A stretch of 63,668 nucleotides of DNA, filler included, from Craspedostauros australis (lineage: Eukaryota): the NCBI GenBank assembly GCA_030167865.1. It is 8 parts of 8 records of this genome, joined end to end, with 100 filler letters (N's around TTAATTAATTAA, not from the genome) between each part and the next. Parts side by side here need not be neighbours in the genome. Positions count along the whole stretch, not along the records: positions 1 to 12,794 come from JALAGF010006501.1; positions 12,895 to 16,811 come from JALAGF010006504.1; positions 16,912 to 23,200 come from JALAGF010006505.1; positions 23,301 to 54,061 come from JALAGF010006506.1; 4 more parts are not named here. One strand, 5' to 3'. A model generated the notes under the pieces. That model searched no databases, was not told the DNA's origin, and saw nothing but the letters and a program-made list of their open reading frames with translations. The position numbers and the translations under genes were made by a program. Below, in pieces: positions 10,774-23,586 of this stretch (position 1 is its first letter; each line of letters begins with the position of its first letter).

Positions 10774-11565
10774 TGTTGGAAATCCGGGGTTATAGATATA
10801 GTCTAATGCTTATTACACTGTACCGTTTTAGAACTGTGAGAACAACATACTCATTTCTCAAATCGTCAACTCGTTTGCCCATGATGATGATGATGGCCTC
10901 CTGTAGTTGCCCCTCATAATCATCATCACAATCTCTCTCTCCGTCATGTCCATTTCATTGCTCATGACAAGTGCATTTCATCATGCTCAGCTGTTGAGAG
11001 ATCAGTCTACACTCCTGAGGCGCATGCATGCCGATGCTCGATTCACTCTCTTCTCATTAGACATCCGTCACTCATTCAGTGCACTCTTCCGTGTTGTTCA
11101 CTCATTCTTCTCACATGTCCACCAACATTCACACTTGCTCAGAACATGGAGTTCTGGCACGATCAGTGCAGTCCTTCGATGCTGTTCCAGTCCGCGCTTT
11201 GTTCTCCTTCGCTGGTTCTCTGTCAGTCACGTAATCATGTTCTGGGTTCCGAGCGACTCAACCGTGATAGCGTTTTCGCATAGATGTCTCAGGTTAACCG
11301 GTCAACCCTCATGCTTGGAACACTTTGGTGTTCCGGTCTCCCTTTCACATCCATCGTTCGCCATGTCCGTTCGTCAATCCACTCAAACCATGTCTCACAA
11401 TTAGTCTGTCCGTCGTCCGTCATACTCTTGACACACAGAGGAGGAGGTCCACAATGGACTTGGGAGCGTGTCCGACTTTGATAGATCGGTCAGTCTAATT
11501 TTGGTATTATGGGAGGTGCGGCAATCTAGGATAATACGACATAGTCGCACCCTCGATTCCTGACA
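10774..11565 (-). repeat. 3' LTR of copia B (TGTCAGGAAT...ATTTCCAACA, 792 bp)
   Basis: TG...CA ends with short imperfect inverted termini, preceded by the PPT. Confidence 0.85.
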
Positions 11566-12794
11566 CCCTTCCATTGTCGCATCGACATCATACCATAGAC
11601 TCCACACTCCATCACTCTCTTGCACCACCATCCCTCTTACTCTTCTCGGTCCACTGCTGACCGAGGCTGGATGATATCTCCCTTGTGTCTGTCGTAGATC
11701 TCTTTCTTCGTGTTCTTGGTGAAGCCGTCNNNNATGTTGTCCTCTGAACGTACGAACCGGGCTCTAGCCTCTTTGTTCGCAATCAGCTCTCGGATGAAGT
11801 GATGTCGGATATCGATGTGTCTTGTTCTGGCCGATGTAGATGGGTTGGAAGCAATGAAGATTGCTCCCACGTTGTCAACCATCACGTCTGTTGGCTTGTG
11901 TATCTCCAACCCGATGTCACTTATCAATTGCGCCAGGAAGCGGATCTCCTTGCCTGCTTCCGACAGTGCAACGTACTCTGCCTCCGTTGAGCTCAGCGTC
12001 ACGCTGCGTTGTGCCTTCGANNNNNNNNNNNNNNNNNNNNNNNNNNNNNNNNNNNNNNNNNNNNNNNNNNNNNNNNNNNNNNNNNNNNNNNNNNNNNNNN
12101 NNNNNNNGGTGTACACCACAATCTTCCATGCATCGTTCTCCAAAGGTTTCGGTCTCATCTTCAGACCGTACTCCCTCGTGTCCGACACGAACTTCATGAC
12201 TCTCAGCATCTCTTTGTATGCTGCGGCCGTTGGTCCGTCCAACACCTTGGTCAGTTCTCGCACTGCATTGGCGATGTCGGGTCGTGAGTGCTTCACCAGG
12301 TACAGCAACATCCCCACTCCGCTTCGGTAGTTGCTGTGTCGCTGCTTGTCGACCTTTGGTGAGTCACTCTCTCTCTGGATGCCTTGTCCCGGCGTCCCTG
12401 GTGTACCGTANNNNNNNNNNNNNNNNNNNNNNNNNNNNNNNNNNNNNNNNNNNNNNNNNNNNNNNNNNNNNNNNNNNNNNNNNNNNNNNNNNNNNNNNNN
12501 NNNNNNNNNNNNNNNNNNNNNNNNNNNNNNNNNNNNNNNNNNNNNNNNNNNNNNNNNNNNNNNNNNNNNNNNNNNNNNNNNNNNNNNNNNNTTCAGCTCC
12601 TGTTCATCCCCGATGCACAGGCAGTCGTCGACGTAGGTTCCGATCAGTAACAGTCTCCCTTCCTGATTCCGAATCAGGAGGCATGGATCCACCTTGCTCT
12701 GTCTGAATCTCATTTCGATCAGGATGTCGACCAGCTTCTTGTTCCATTGCCTGGCGCTCTGCACGAGCCCATAGATCGTCTTCTTGAGCAACAA
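10774..12794 (-). mobile_element. Ty1/copia LTR retrotransposon B, 3' part (RT-RNaseH 11637-12794, PPT, 3' LTR); close relative of A
   Basis: Same RT/RNaseH motifs (YVDD, SSTEAEY, TRHIDIR) with many synonymous differences from A; PPT AATGGAAGGG; cut by the scaffold end. Confidence 0.92.
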
Positions 12795-12838
12795 NNNNNN
12801 NNNNNNNNNNNNNNNNNNNNNNNNNNNNNNNNNNNNNN

Positions 12839-12850
12839 TTAATTAATTAA
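12839..12850. other. Artificial scaffold linker TTAATTAATTAA within Ns (also 16856-16867, 23245-23256, 54106-54117, 57137-57148, 59300-59311, 61384-61395)
   Basis: Identical palindromic 12-mer with stops in all six frames, always embedded in N runs. Confidence 0.97.
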
Positions 12851-12894
12851 NNNNNNNNNNNNNNNNNNNNNNNNNNNNNNNNNNNNNNNNNNNN

Positions 12895-15800
12895 TATAGC
12901 AAGCTGATCCGTGGCACTCAAAGGAGGCACGGATTGGATCGAAGGTCCAACTGGGTAAAACCAAAGGTGCATCACATCCTGGTGAAACACAGCTGAATAA
13001 GCGCAAGAATACGGCGTTCGGAGAGACGAAATCCGAACGGGCAAGGCCATCCAACGCGCAATCCATCCGCGACGTTTCATCGCTTTTCAAGACCAACAAA
13101 ACAACAAACATTCCATCAACAACGCCCATTTGCGCTCAGTCCACCTTTCTGATTGGCTGTGAATTCCTACGGTTCACACAATCACTGGTGCGTCACATCG
13201 GTTCACAACTCCTTCGCCATCCCAATCATCCATCGGACATCGGTCGCGCGCCAACAAGTAATCCAACCGGGAAATTCACACGGACCTGAGTGACATCTTT
13301 TCACCGGTCACCCTTCGCATCGGATTAAGTGTGGGTGTCTTCGCATTCTGTCAATCGGGAAATTCGCTTGGTCCCATTGGGTGTTTTTATCAATCAATCA
13401 TCCAAGATCACCCAACTACAGTCCACTCGAGATACCGTTGACACCTTCGCCGTCACTGACGCTTTCCATCCGGCACCACTTCCAATCCCGACGAATTCCG
13501 ACAAGCGCAGAAAGTCACCGTCACATTCTGGCGAACGTTTCGACATCACAGCGGATCGCGCAGTCATTTCCAAGTGTGACCACTTTCCTGGGAGCTGCGG
13601 GAAAATACTCGTCCGATAATATTAGCAAATTGGACCAACGACCACATCATCGCAACGCTCAACTACACGATGTCCAACGCAATCCCAATCAACGACCCCA
13701 TCCTGGCGCACGTCCTCAACGTTCTCGGATATGACGACTCGTCTACTGAATGGCTTATCTTGCATGCCGAAGAGATCCGAACCATCATGGATTTCGCTTC
13801 GCTCCATCGCGAGGACATGCTCGAGTTCAATGCCACCTTCGAACGATCTGATCCTGAACCCGACTACGTAGCCCAGCTGTCTAAGCTAGCAGTTCGGAAA
13901 TTCACAAGTGCCATTGGCTGGTTCAGTGTTCAACCTAACCCCACTGCAGAGACATGGCAGGAACTCAACCAAGCTTCGTACATGGAGTATGTCGCTCGGA
14001 CGTTCACACCCTCGCCTGCATCCTCCACCGCCATGCCTGACGCAGCCACCAGCGCATTCCCCTTCGAACCAACGAAGACCGAACCAACGGAGAAGACCGG
14101 ACGCGACCTTGCCGCAGGTTTCAACCGTAGCATCAAACGTAACATTAGCGACTACCCAAAGTTGTCTGATGATAAATACTTCGCTACGTTCCATCGTCGT
14201 CTGCGTGCCACCGCTGCTGCTCATGGCATCTCCAATGTTCTCGATGTTGACTACACCCCATCCGATGAACAAGCCGAGCTCTTCAAAGTGCAGTCCACCT
14301 TCCTGTTCAACGTGTTTGTATCCAACCTGCAGACCACGAAGAGNNNNNNNNNNNNNNNNNNNNNNNNNNNNNNNNNNNNNNNNNNNNNNNNNNNNNNNNN
14401 NNNNNNNNNNNNNNNNNNNNNNNNNNNNNNNNNNNNNNNNNNNNNNNNNNNNNNNNNNNNNNNNNNNNNNNNNNNNNNNNNNNNNNNNNNNNNNNNNNNN
14501 NNNNNNNNNNNNNNNNNNGACCTGTGGCAACACAAGGTTCACGAACTTGAGGCTTTGCGTGATGATCCAATCGACGACGCAACGAAGAAGGAGTGGTTGA
14601 CCAACGCCATTGAGGCAGACAAGGCGCTGTACCAGTCTATCTTCCAGACTGACTACCTGCAGACCGCGATCCTGGCCTACTCACCTGGCACAACCACGAC
14701 CACCATGGAGTTCGATACCCTCGTTGAGCTCGTCCGTTCGTACGCTGTCCAACTCGATGGCCACGACGCCAACAAGCCNNNNNNNNNNNNNNNNNNNNNN
14801 NNNNNNNNNNNNNNNNNNNNNNNNNNNNNNNNNNNNNNNNNNNNNNNNNNNNNNNNNNNNNNNNNNNNNNNNNNNNNNNNNNNNNNNNNNNNNNNNNNNN
14901 NNNNNGAGGAGTTCCAGAAGCTGTCGGATAAGCAACGCAGCGACTTCCTCCAAGCCCGGCGAGCCAAGTCTGGACGTGGTAAGAAGGACAAGACTAGACG
15001 CTCCGCCAACAACACAAACCGCAGTGACTCCTCATCCAACCAGAACGACCAACAGGACACTCAGACCAACGACAATGGTAGTAACAATAACGAGTCTAGT
15101 TCTACCGCAGGAACAGCAATCAACCGTATGCTATCCAGTGCCATGTCTAGCGCGTCTGGGAACCCGCCGACTACCCTCGTCATTGACGGTCGCACCTACA
15201 CCCTGTCTCACACGAACGTATCGTACAAGTTCAACAACGCGAACGTGACTGTGCAAGGCGCATTGGTGGATGGAGGTGCGAACGGCGGTCTCGTTGGAGA
15301 TGACATGCTGGTGATGGAGTCCACGTCCAACCGGGCTGATGTTTCTGGAATCGGTGACGCAGAGATCAAGGATCTGGCGCTGGTCACGGCCACCGCTGTC
15401 ATCCAGACCATCTCAGGACCGGTAATCGGTTGGTTCCATCAGTACGCCAACTACGGGAAAGGGCGCACCATCCATTCTGCCAACCAGCTCGCGGCGTTTG
15501 GATTGGATGTCAANNNNNGACCCAAGAACCTCCCTGGCGGTCGGCAAACCATCGTCACGCCAGACGGATTCATCATCCCACTCACCGTGCGTCAAGGCCT
15601 CGCATACATGGATATGCGCAAGCCAACTCAGGCGGAACTAGACGATCTGCCACACGTGTTCTTCACCTCCGACCAAGAATGGGACCCATCTGTCCTGGAC
15701 GGGGAGGCTGATCTGGACAACNNNNNNNNNNNNNNNNNNNNNNNNNNNNNNNNNNNNNNNNNNNNNNNNNNCCATGTCTAGCGCGTCTGGGAACCCGCCG

Positions 15801-16811
15801 ACTACCCTCGTCATTGACGGTCGCACCTACACCCTGTCCCACACGAACGTATCGTACAAGTTCAACAACGCGAACGTGACGGTGCAAGGCGCATTGGTGG
15901 ACGGAGGTGCGAACGGCGGTCTCGTTGGAGATGACATGCTGGTGATGGAGTCCACGTCCAACCGAGCTGATGTTTCTGGAATCGGTGACGCAGAGATCAA
16001 GGATCTGGCGCTGGTCACAGCCACCGCTGTCATCCAGACCATCTCAGGACCGGTGATCGGTTGGTTCCATCAGTACGCCAACTACGGGAAAGGGCGCACC
16101 ATCCATTCTGCCAATCAACTCGCGGCGTTTGGATTGGATGTCAATGAGCGACCCAAGAACCTCCCTGGCGGTCGGCAAACCGTCGTCACACCAGACGGAT
16201 TCATCATCCCGCTCACCGTGCGTCAAGGCCTCGCATACATGGACATGCACAAGCCAACTCAGGCGGAACTAGACGATCTGCCACACGTGTTCTTCACCTC
16301 CGACCAAGAATGGGACCCATCTATCCTGGACGGGGAGGCTGATCTGGACAACATTCCCGCAACCGAACGCGGCGACGGCGACGACATCGACATCACCATC
16401 TCCAAGTGCGTTCAGTACGTTCAATCCGCTGCTACGCTCGGGGATGGGGAGAAGGCAACCAAGGCCGGACCACGCAACATCGTGGGTAAAGCGCCCAACT
16501 TCCATGCGCTACGGCCGTACTTTGGGTGGATTCCAGCAGACCGCGTGCGTGACACTCTTGCATGTACTACCCAGTGGTACCGCATGTCTGAGCGTTATCC
16601 CATGCGTAAACACTATAGGTCTAGATTCCCCGCAGCCAATGTCAGTCGACTACACGATGTTGTTTCCATGGACACGTTGTTCTCTGACACGCCTGCTCAT
16701 CATGATGGAGTCCCCGGACATGGTGGGTGTACCATGGTGCAGGTGTTTGTAGGATCCAACACGCGCCTCACAGCGGCGTACCCTCTGGCAAGCGAATCCC
16801 ATGTTCCCCAT
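12895..16811 (+). mobile_element. Diatom CoDi-like Ty1/copia retrotransposon, 5' part (probable LTR end near 13121, leader, gag, protease, start of integrase)
   Basis: gag-like SIKRNISDYPKL...RATAAAHGISNVLD; protease LVDGGANGG; integrase approach PMRKHYRSRFPAANV.RL...VSMDTLFSDTPA. Order PR then IN is copia-type. Confidence 0.88.
13670..16811 (+). CDS. gag-pol polyprotein (partial; gapped; protease region duplicated across the gap at 15722-15771)
   Basis: ORFs 13670-15781 and 15774-16859 share about 190 aa of near-identical sequence; no stops in the sequenced parts. Confidence 0.85.
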
Positions 16812-19035
16812 NNNNNNNNNNNNNNNNNNNNNNNNNNNNNNNNNNNNNNNNNNNNTTAATTAATTAANNNNNNNNNNNNNNNNNNNNNNNNNNNNNNNNN
16901 NNNNNNNNNNNGAACCCAGACGACGGATCTTGACCCACGGTACTTGGGCTACACAACCCACACGCATTGTCATACAGGACATCACAGGAGATTCCCCTCG
17001 AAGAGAAGAACCATAGCAAGAATCTCATAATCCGCACGTTTCTTCACCATCTACCAGTATTCTAAATTGACTACTTGTGGAACAGAAGACTCTCGTCCGG
17101 ATCGCTTGCCAGTCAAGCCTCTGTCTACAGCTAAAGAACAGCCAACAAGACAACAGCCATTACGTTTGGGCTCTATTATGTGAGGTATCGGTGTCAATAA
17201 CTGCAGGGCAAGGCAGATCGAGCCACGCCGGTGTTGGAACACTCAAGTACTCCGGTCAACGTAATGTATCCTTTATGTTGCTTTTCATTATTGACTTTGC
17301 AGTCAAGTCCACCGCTCTATGCCGATCCTACTCCCACGCAGTTGGCGCAAGGTGGATATCGTCACCGCCCATAGGGAAAATGCAAAGGGTGTATGGAAAA
17401 GATATGCAACGCGACGCATGGCCTCCAGAGACGGAGCAGCATTGGGCATTCTAGTTCTTTATGCTTCAAACGGTAGGTTGGACCTATGCCGCGATTCAAT
17501 TGGAGCCTCGACGGTGATGACATGAATGACCCTTCGCAACATGCTGATGTGTCCTTCACCTTGTGCAGTGCCTTGAACACAACCCATCGTACGTACATGA
17601 TAGATGGCGCACGAGTTTCAATCATCTTCGATCGGTATTGAATCGTCGCCTTGATTGCAGAACTGATTGTGGAGTCGGTGGAGACGATATCTCTGCTTTT
17701 CGATGTCTTTGCCTCTGAGTTTCAAACCCATGGACGTTCAACATGCGGACATGCTTGCAGCGCCTCGTTATGTCGTGCTGTGCCGTGCACATGTGAAGTG
17801 TTCTGCTCTTGAGCATGTCGAGCAATCGCTGTTGCCGAAGCTTCGCCGACAACCAGCGTATGTGGTGCGCGTTGCGCATGCGTGGTCTTCTTGGATACTG
17901 CGATGTCGGTTACTGGTTGTGCTTTTCAATGTGATCCGGGCCATCGATCTGCGTGGCGCAAAAGCTGCCATTGATGATGCCGCTGATCGTGATGGCAAGA
18001 GCTGCATCCGCGGACCTTCACATCGTGATCATCGTGACTTCATCCGTGGTGACGCGGCCATCATGAGATTGTTGAAAGCGTTGCTGGCATGCTTGCAGGA
18101 GCAATACTGTGCTCTGTGATTCTCCATCTCTCAGTCTCATATCACCTTCTCTTGATCATGGCCGTTGGTTGCCATCCCATCATGTCTGGTTACGTTGATA
18201 CCTCATTTCTTCTCTTCACTGCACGGACGGATCTCTGTCAACTCGATTGTCATGTGGTCATCAATAGCATTGCTGATAGTCTTCTCATCTTCATCTGCCT
18301 TCCTCGTCCCACACCACATCACACCACACAGCCATGTCCATTCCTCTTCATGCCATCCCCACCGCCGTAGCCTTTGTCTCGTCTCGTGTCTGCCGTTCTG
18401 GCGAACAAGGAAGAGAAGCCACAAATTTGGTGATGTTGCGCGCCATTTTTGTTCTTGTTTGATCGTGTCCAAATGAGTCCCTAGCTTCCACGATCGAAGT
18501 GTGTGATCCATTCAGATGGGTTGAGAAAGGTATCCACAAAGATCCGTCACCCCCATCAAACCGCGTCTCCAACTCCTCTCTCTCTCTCTTGTGCGTATTT
18601 CATCCGAGCAACATCATTGAACCACTGGATGAAGCATGTTCGAAGGCATTCATCAATCTGAAGTATTATGCGCAGCTTTTGCAGTAAGCGATGCAGCATC
18701 CCGCTTCAAATCAACGGATGCAACGATGGAGTTGAGTTGAGCGCTCCTTCGTGTTCGTAGAATTGGCCAAACCGGAATGGCGTCAAATCAAGATCTCTGC
18801 TGTCCCCAGGAGTGCGGTGGACGCCTCGACCATTATCATTCGCACGCTCATGGTATTCTATTGTATGGCAATCTATTGTGTGGTATTCTATTGTATTCTA
18901 TTGTATGGTGAAAATTGTGTGTCCGTGTGCAGACGGGCGGTGCAGGTAACGCAGACGACATTCATGGTTGCGTACTCGCTCGGCGATTGGCTGCAACCGC
19001 ATCTGCGACTTCAAGTCTAAGCGCAGGAAAGCAAG

Positions 19036-20830
19036 TTACTGAACCATCATCGCTGGTAGCACCTTGTGAAGAACAGGACTGAACCATTGCTGGACGATGT
19101 CCTTCGATCCGTACCATCTCGATTCCGTGGCTTCAGATGCGTGAGATGTGTGCTGATCGTGCTCATGTTGATGCTGATGCTGGTTCTGCAGCATGGAGGT
19201 GTGGTACACGTTGTCCAAGGTGATCTGGAGATTGGAACCCTCCAGGTGTGCAAGCGGCACAGGGACGATGCCATCACCGTCCTGGTGTCCTTGACCGGAA
19301 AGCAACTTGTACGATTGGTACGCAAGCATGTGATCAGCATCTNNNNNNNNNNNNNNNNNNNNNNNNNNNNNNNNNNNNNNNNNNNNNNNNNNNNNNNNNN
19401 NTGCAGATCCGGCAGCAGACACGTAGAAGAGACGGTCGTTGAAGAAGGCACCTGGGAAGGTGTCATGAACGATGCGGAGTGCACCGCCAGTGATATCGAC
19501 AGAGCCCTTGGGGCATGGGATGTGGGGAGACCCGAGCGTGACGATTCCCAGAATACTGTCGATGTCAATCTCCAGATCCTTGCCGNNNNNNNNNNNNNNN
19601 NNNNNNNNNNNNNNNNNNNNNNNNNNNNNNNNNNNATGTTGATGCTGATGCTGGTTCTGCAGCATGGAGGTGTGGTACACGTTGTCCAAGGTGATCTGGA
19701 GATTGGAACCCTCCAGGTGTGCAAGCGGCACAGGGACGATGCCATCACCGTCCTGGTGTCCTTGACCGGAAAGCAACTTGTACGATTGGTACGCAAGCAT
19801 GTGATCAGCATCTGGCTGTGAGGTGATGGTGTTTGGAGAAGGGATGTGCGCTTGCTGCTGCTCGACGTTCAATGCAGATCCGGCAGCAGACACGTAGAAG
19901 AGACGGTCGTTGAAGAAGGCACCTGGGAAGGTGTCATGAACGATGCGGAGTGCACCGCCAGTGATATCGACAGAGCCCTTGGGGCATGGGATGTGGGGAG
20001 ACCCGAGCGTGACGATTCCCAGAATACTGTCGATGTCAATCTCCAGATCCTTGCCGTTGGTATCATCCATTCCGTATCCGACAGCGGCTCTGTTTATTGG
20101 AAGGAGGCGAATGATGAATGATGCATGGTGATGATGCATGGGGGAGAACGCGGGTGTTGATAGTGTGAGTGAAATGAATGGAGTAGAGCAGAGTGGAGGG
20201 CTGAAGCATGCACAGGAGCAGTCGCGCAGGAGCAAAGCCGCACCAAACTCACCTTGCGAGCCAGCCACCGGCAGAGTGTCCCACCAGGATGATCTTGGCG
20301 GTCGTGCCTTCCTCCTTGGCGACATCCTGGATTCTCTTGACCTCNTTNGCCACCTTCTGAAGGTACCATCGGTACGCCCACTTGGTTGCTGGTGCCTTGA
20401 AGGTCATGAAGTCGAGATCGCACATGCCGAATGCAATGGTCTGTGCCCAATCTTGTCGCTGGAGTGGCAGGACGTGGATGTGATCCATTGCGTTGGTCAT
20501 GTCGTCGTTGTTGCTGTTGTTATTGCTGTTGTCGTTGTCGTTGCCCCACCATCCAGCGTCGATGGCTTGCTGTGCGATGTTGGGAACAAGGTCGTCGACG
20601 TAGTCGTTGGCTGCGGTTGCGAAGCCTGGAAGAACGAGGACGTGCGTTTGCTGTGGATTGATGTGAGTTGCCGTGGCGGCTGGTGGCGGTCCTTGTCGTG
20701 TGTGTGTGGTTGATGTTTTTGACGCCGATGGTGTGTTGTGTGTCACCCACGCTTGGCAGTTTGTGATAGAGTTGCACAGACACAGCAGCGTGAGTGTGAT
20801 GAGTGCCGTCGTGTTGTTGTATGCTGTCAT
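19036..20830 (-). CDS. alpha/beta-hydrolase (PGAP1-like lipase/esterase), probably plastid-targeted; exon 1 20830-20253, exon 2 from 20089 (contains an assembly duplication)
   Basis: VLVLPGF, ILVGHSAGGWLAR nucleophile elbow, IVTLGSPH, GDGIVP, VYH. Intron GTGAGT...AAACAG at 20252-20090. Signal peptide ends CQA|W (ASAFAP-like). Confidence 0.87.
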
Positions 20831-22729
20831 TGCGGTTGCTGTTGTTGTTGTTGTTGTGGTTTGTGGGGTGGATGGATTTGTATTTTGTGAGAGGAAGGTT
20901 GATCCGCGTTGCTTTGCTTTGTTTCTCACAGACACCACAGAGAGAGGACGAAGAAGGTGCCAGCTTGCCGATTCAGGAGAGGCAACCTCCGCAATCTGTC
21001 ATACAGGTTCCAGTCATGGCGGAATACATGTGAGTGCAGAGAACACAACGCCTGGGGCAGTCTCAGCCACACTTCCATCCCCAAGCATTGGTCTTGTTCG
21101 GCACACAGGAAATACAGGTGAGGCCACAAACAGCAAGCACTCGCAAAGCACGCGAAGTTGTGGTGTTGTGTGGTGAAAGTGAGCTTCGTGCAAACGTTTG
21201 GAAACATGAACACTGGTTTGTCATGAATTCGTTGCCACGTCTCTCCTTGATGGCCAATCAGAAGCCTCTATAGAGGCTTCCGTCAACACAACTCCAATGG
21301 TCTCACACCCAACCACGAATAGCACATTACGAAAGACAACATCCCTTCTCCCCACACAACAACAATACGAGATACACAGTTGGGCGTGCTGGTCGTGAAT
21401 GACTTATCCTGCCCATTCCAACTGTTAATTGGTTCTCGGAGAAAAGCCCATAAATCCGCAAACATCATCATCATTACGCGATGAGTACCCAAGAGAACAA
21501 CAACAACAAGAACAACAACAACAAGAACAACAAGACAACAGGTCCTTCACGACTCAACCAGTTCACATTTTCACCAAACAAGATGGAGCAAACTGGTTGC
21601 AGAGCAACTGCAGAGAGGAGGATGGATCGCCTGCATGGTATGCATGGCGAAGATGGTATTGGTCTGTATGATTGGATCCGTGTCACCATGATGATGATGA
21701 TGATCAGAAGCACGCGAGACGTCGCATTGCCAGCAGTCTATCACTGTGTGCGGGTCTGTGTTCTCGCTTTTGCGGTTGCGGATGCTGCCGCAGTCGCCCG
21801 CCACAACTGTACGTCATACTCAGACTCAAATAGCAAGGCAAACAGAGTAGCTGGTCTTCAAGTGTCGCACGATTGGTGATGGTGCTCAAGCTGCTGTTCC
21901 CTGCCAATGCTCCCTCATCACGAAAGCTGCTGGACTACTGGGTTGCATGTACATACTTCGACCATGTGTAGGTCGCCTGTGTGGATGGTGAGACGTGCGC
22001 ATCTGTCCGAGTATGAATACGTGCCGAGAGAGAAGAGGAGGAAGGATGGCACGATCATGAGGATGTCCGTGGTTCGGACTTGCAGCGCGCGAGTATCGTG
22101 CTGTTTTGTGTTGCTTGGCGTGACGGCATCCATGGACTGGTATGCATGGTGAGGAGTTTTGCGTTGCCACTCTGCCGTTGCTTGGGCCAAAGCATGTGGT
22201 ATGTGATTTGATTTGGGATTGGGATCACCACACAAGACCAACCTCTCCCCACTCACCGGTGTTGTTGCATCATCGCTCTTGCCTCGTTCGGGCCTGGTTG
22301 AGTGTTTGTGTGTGAACACCAAATGTTCGCCGTTGGCGTGGACTGGTGAATGACGTGTTTCGACAACCAACCAGATCGCTCCTTCACATTTCGGGATTGG
22401 TGATTGAGTCTCGTGGGGAGAACGGAGACGATAAGTGGGGATCGGTCAAACTGGTGACGTTGCTGTGAATGGCGATTCTGCATGGAGTATCATGACTCCA
22501 ACACCCACGTGTTGTTCTTCTCCCTCTGTACAGTCTTCTCCATTGTGGTTGTGCTCGTGAATGTGCGCAACTGTGCGTTGGCGTGGATTCTTCCGATGTC
22601 CATCCTCTCCTCACAAAATCAAAAGCGACACAACCACAACAGCAACAACGAAGCAAAAGAGGACAATCAGACTCCACCAAATCAACAACAAATAATACAC
22701 ACAACACACACAACACACACTATACAATC

Positions 22730-23200
22730 ATGAACAGCAACAGCAAGCCAACCACATCCAGCGTCAAGCTCTCCCTTTTCCTTGGACTCCTCGTCCTCGC
22801 AGCACCATGCGCCAACAACCAAGCACAGGCATTCNNNNNNNNNNNNNNNNNNNNNNNNNNNNNNNNNNNNNNNNNNNNNNNNNNNNNNNNNNNNNNNNNN
22901 NNNNNNNNNNNNNNNNNNNNNNNNNNNNNNNNNNNNNNNNNNNNNNNNNNNNNNNNNNNNNNNNNNNNNNNNNNNNNNNNNNNNNNNNNNNNNNNNNNNN
23001 NNNNNNNNNNCACCGCCAACGCTGACGCCACACCATCCCTGCCATCAACGTCGACATCCCGACGTGCATGGATGCATTCCATGGCCGCATTGGCCGTCGC
23101 CGCCACATGCACAACAGAACAGAAGCAGCTCAACCTGTCAGACGAGCAACTGGCACAGATCATCATCAGCGACATCGTCAACAAGAAGTCGCTCGTCACC
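22730..23200 (+). CDS. Probable plastid/thylakoid-lumen protein, 5' part (possibly SnoaL/DUF2358-like)
   Basis: Signal peptide ending AQA|F, then a twin-arginine SRRAWM plus hydrophobic stretch; truncated by the scaffold end. Confidence 0.65.
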
Positions 23201-23586
23201 NNNNNNNNNNNNNNNNNNNNNNNNNNNNNNNNNNNNNNNNNNNNTTAATTAATTAANNNNNNNNNNNNNNNNNNNNNNNNNNNNNNNNNNNNNNNNNNNN
23301 CTCATCCATATATATCTGGTCTTGCTCCTCTGCTGACGTTCATGCTCTGCTCCTCACGTTCCCGCTGACGTTAGATTCCTCTCGGCTCGTAGATTATTTG
23401 TTTCTGAAGATTCCGAGATTCTTTCGTCATATTCGAGGATTCTGCTGTAAATTTCCGTTTTCGGGTTTGGAACATTTGATCGTGAGAAGGAGTTCTGGAC
23501 AAACAAATATGTGTGAGCAGTCATTTGCGCAACTGTGACCCCTACCGGGTCATACACGAATCTGAATATTCGTCATGTTCCAACAG

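Noticed and set aside
12795..12894. Recurrent TTAATTAATTAA palindromes as a biological repeat or piggyBac sites
   Set aside because: Always inside N runs; a six-frame-stop linker. Gene neighbourhoods across these linkers are meaningless.
16912..18700. Several 60-150 aa ORFs
   Set aside because: No motifs, codon bias or consistent splice structure recognised.
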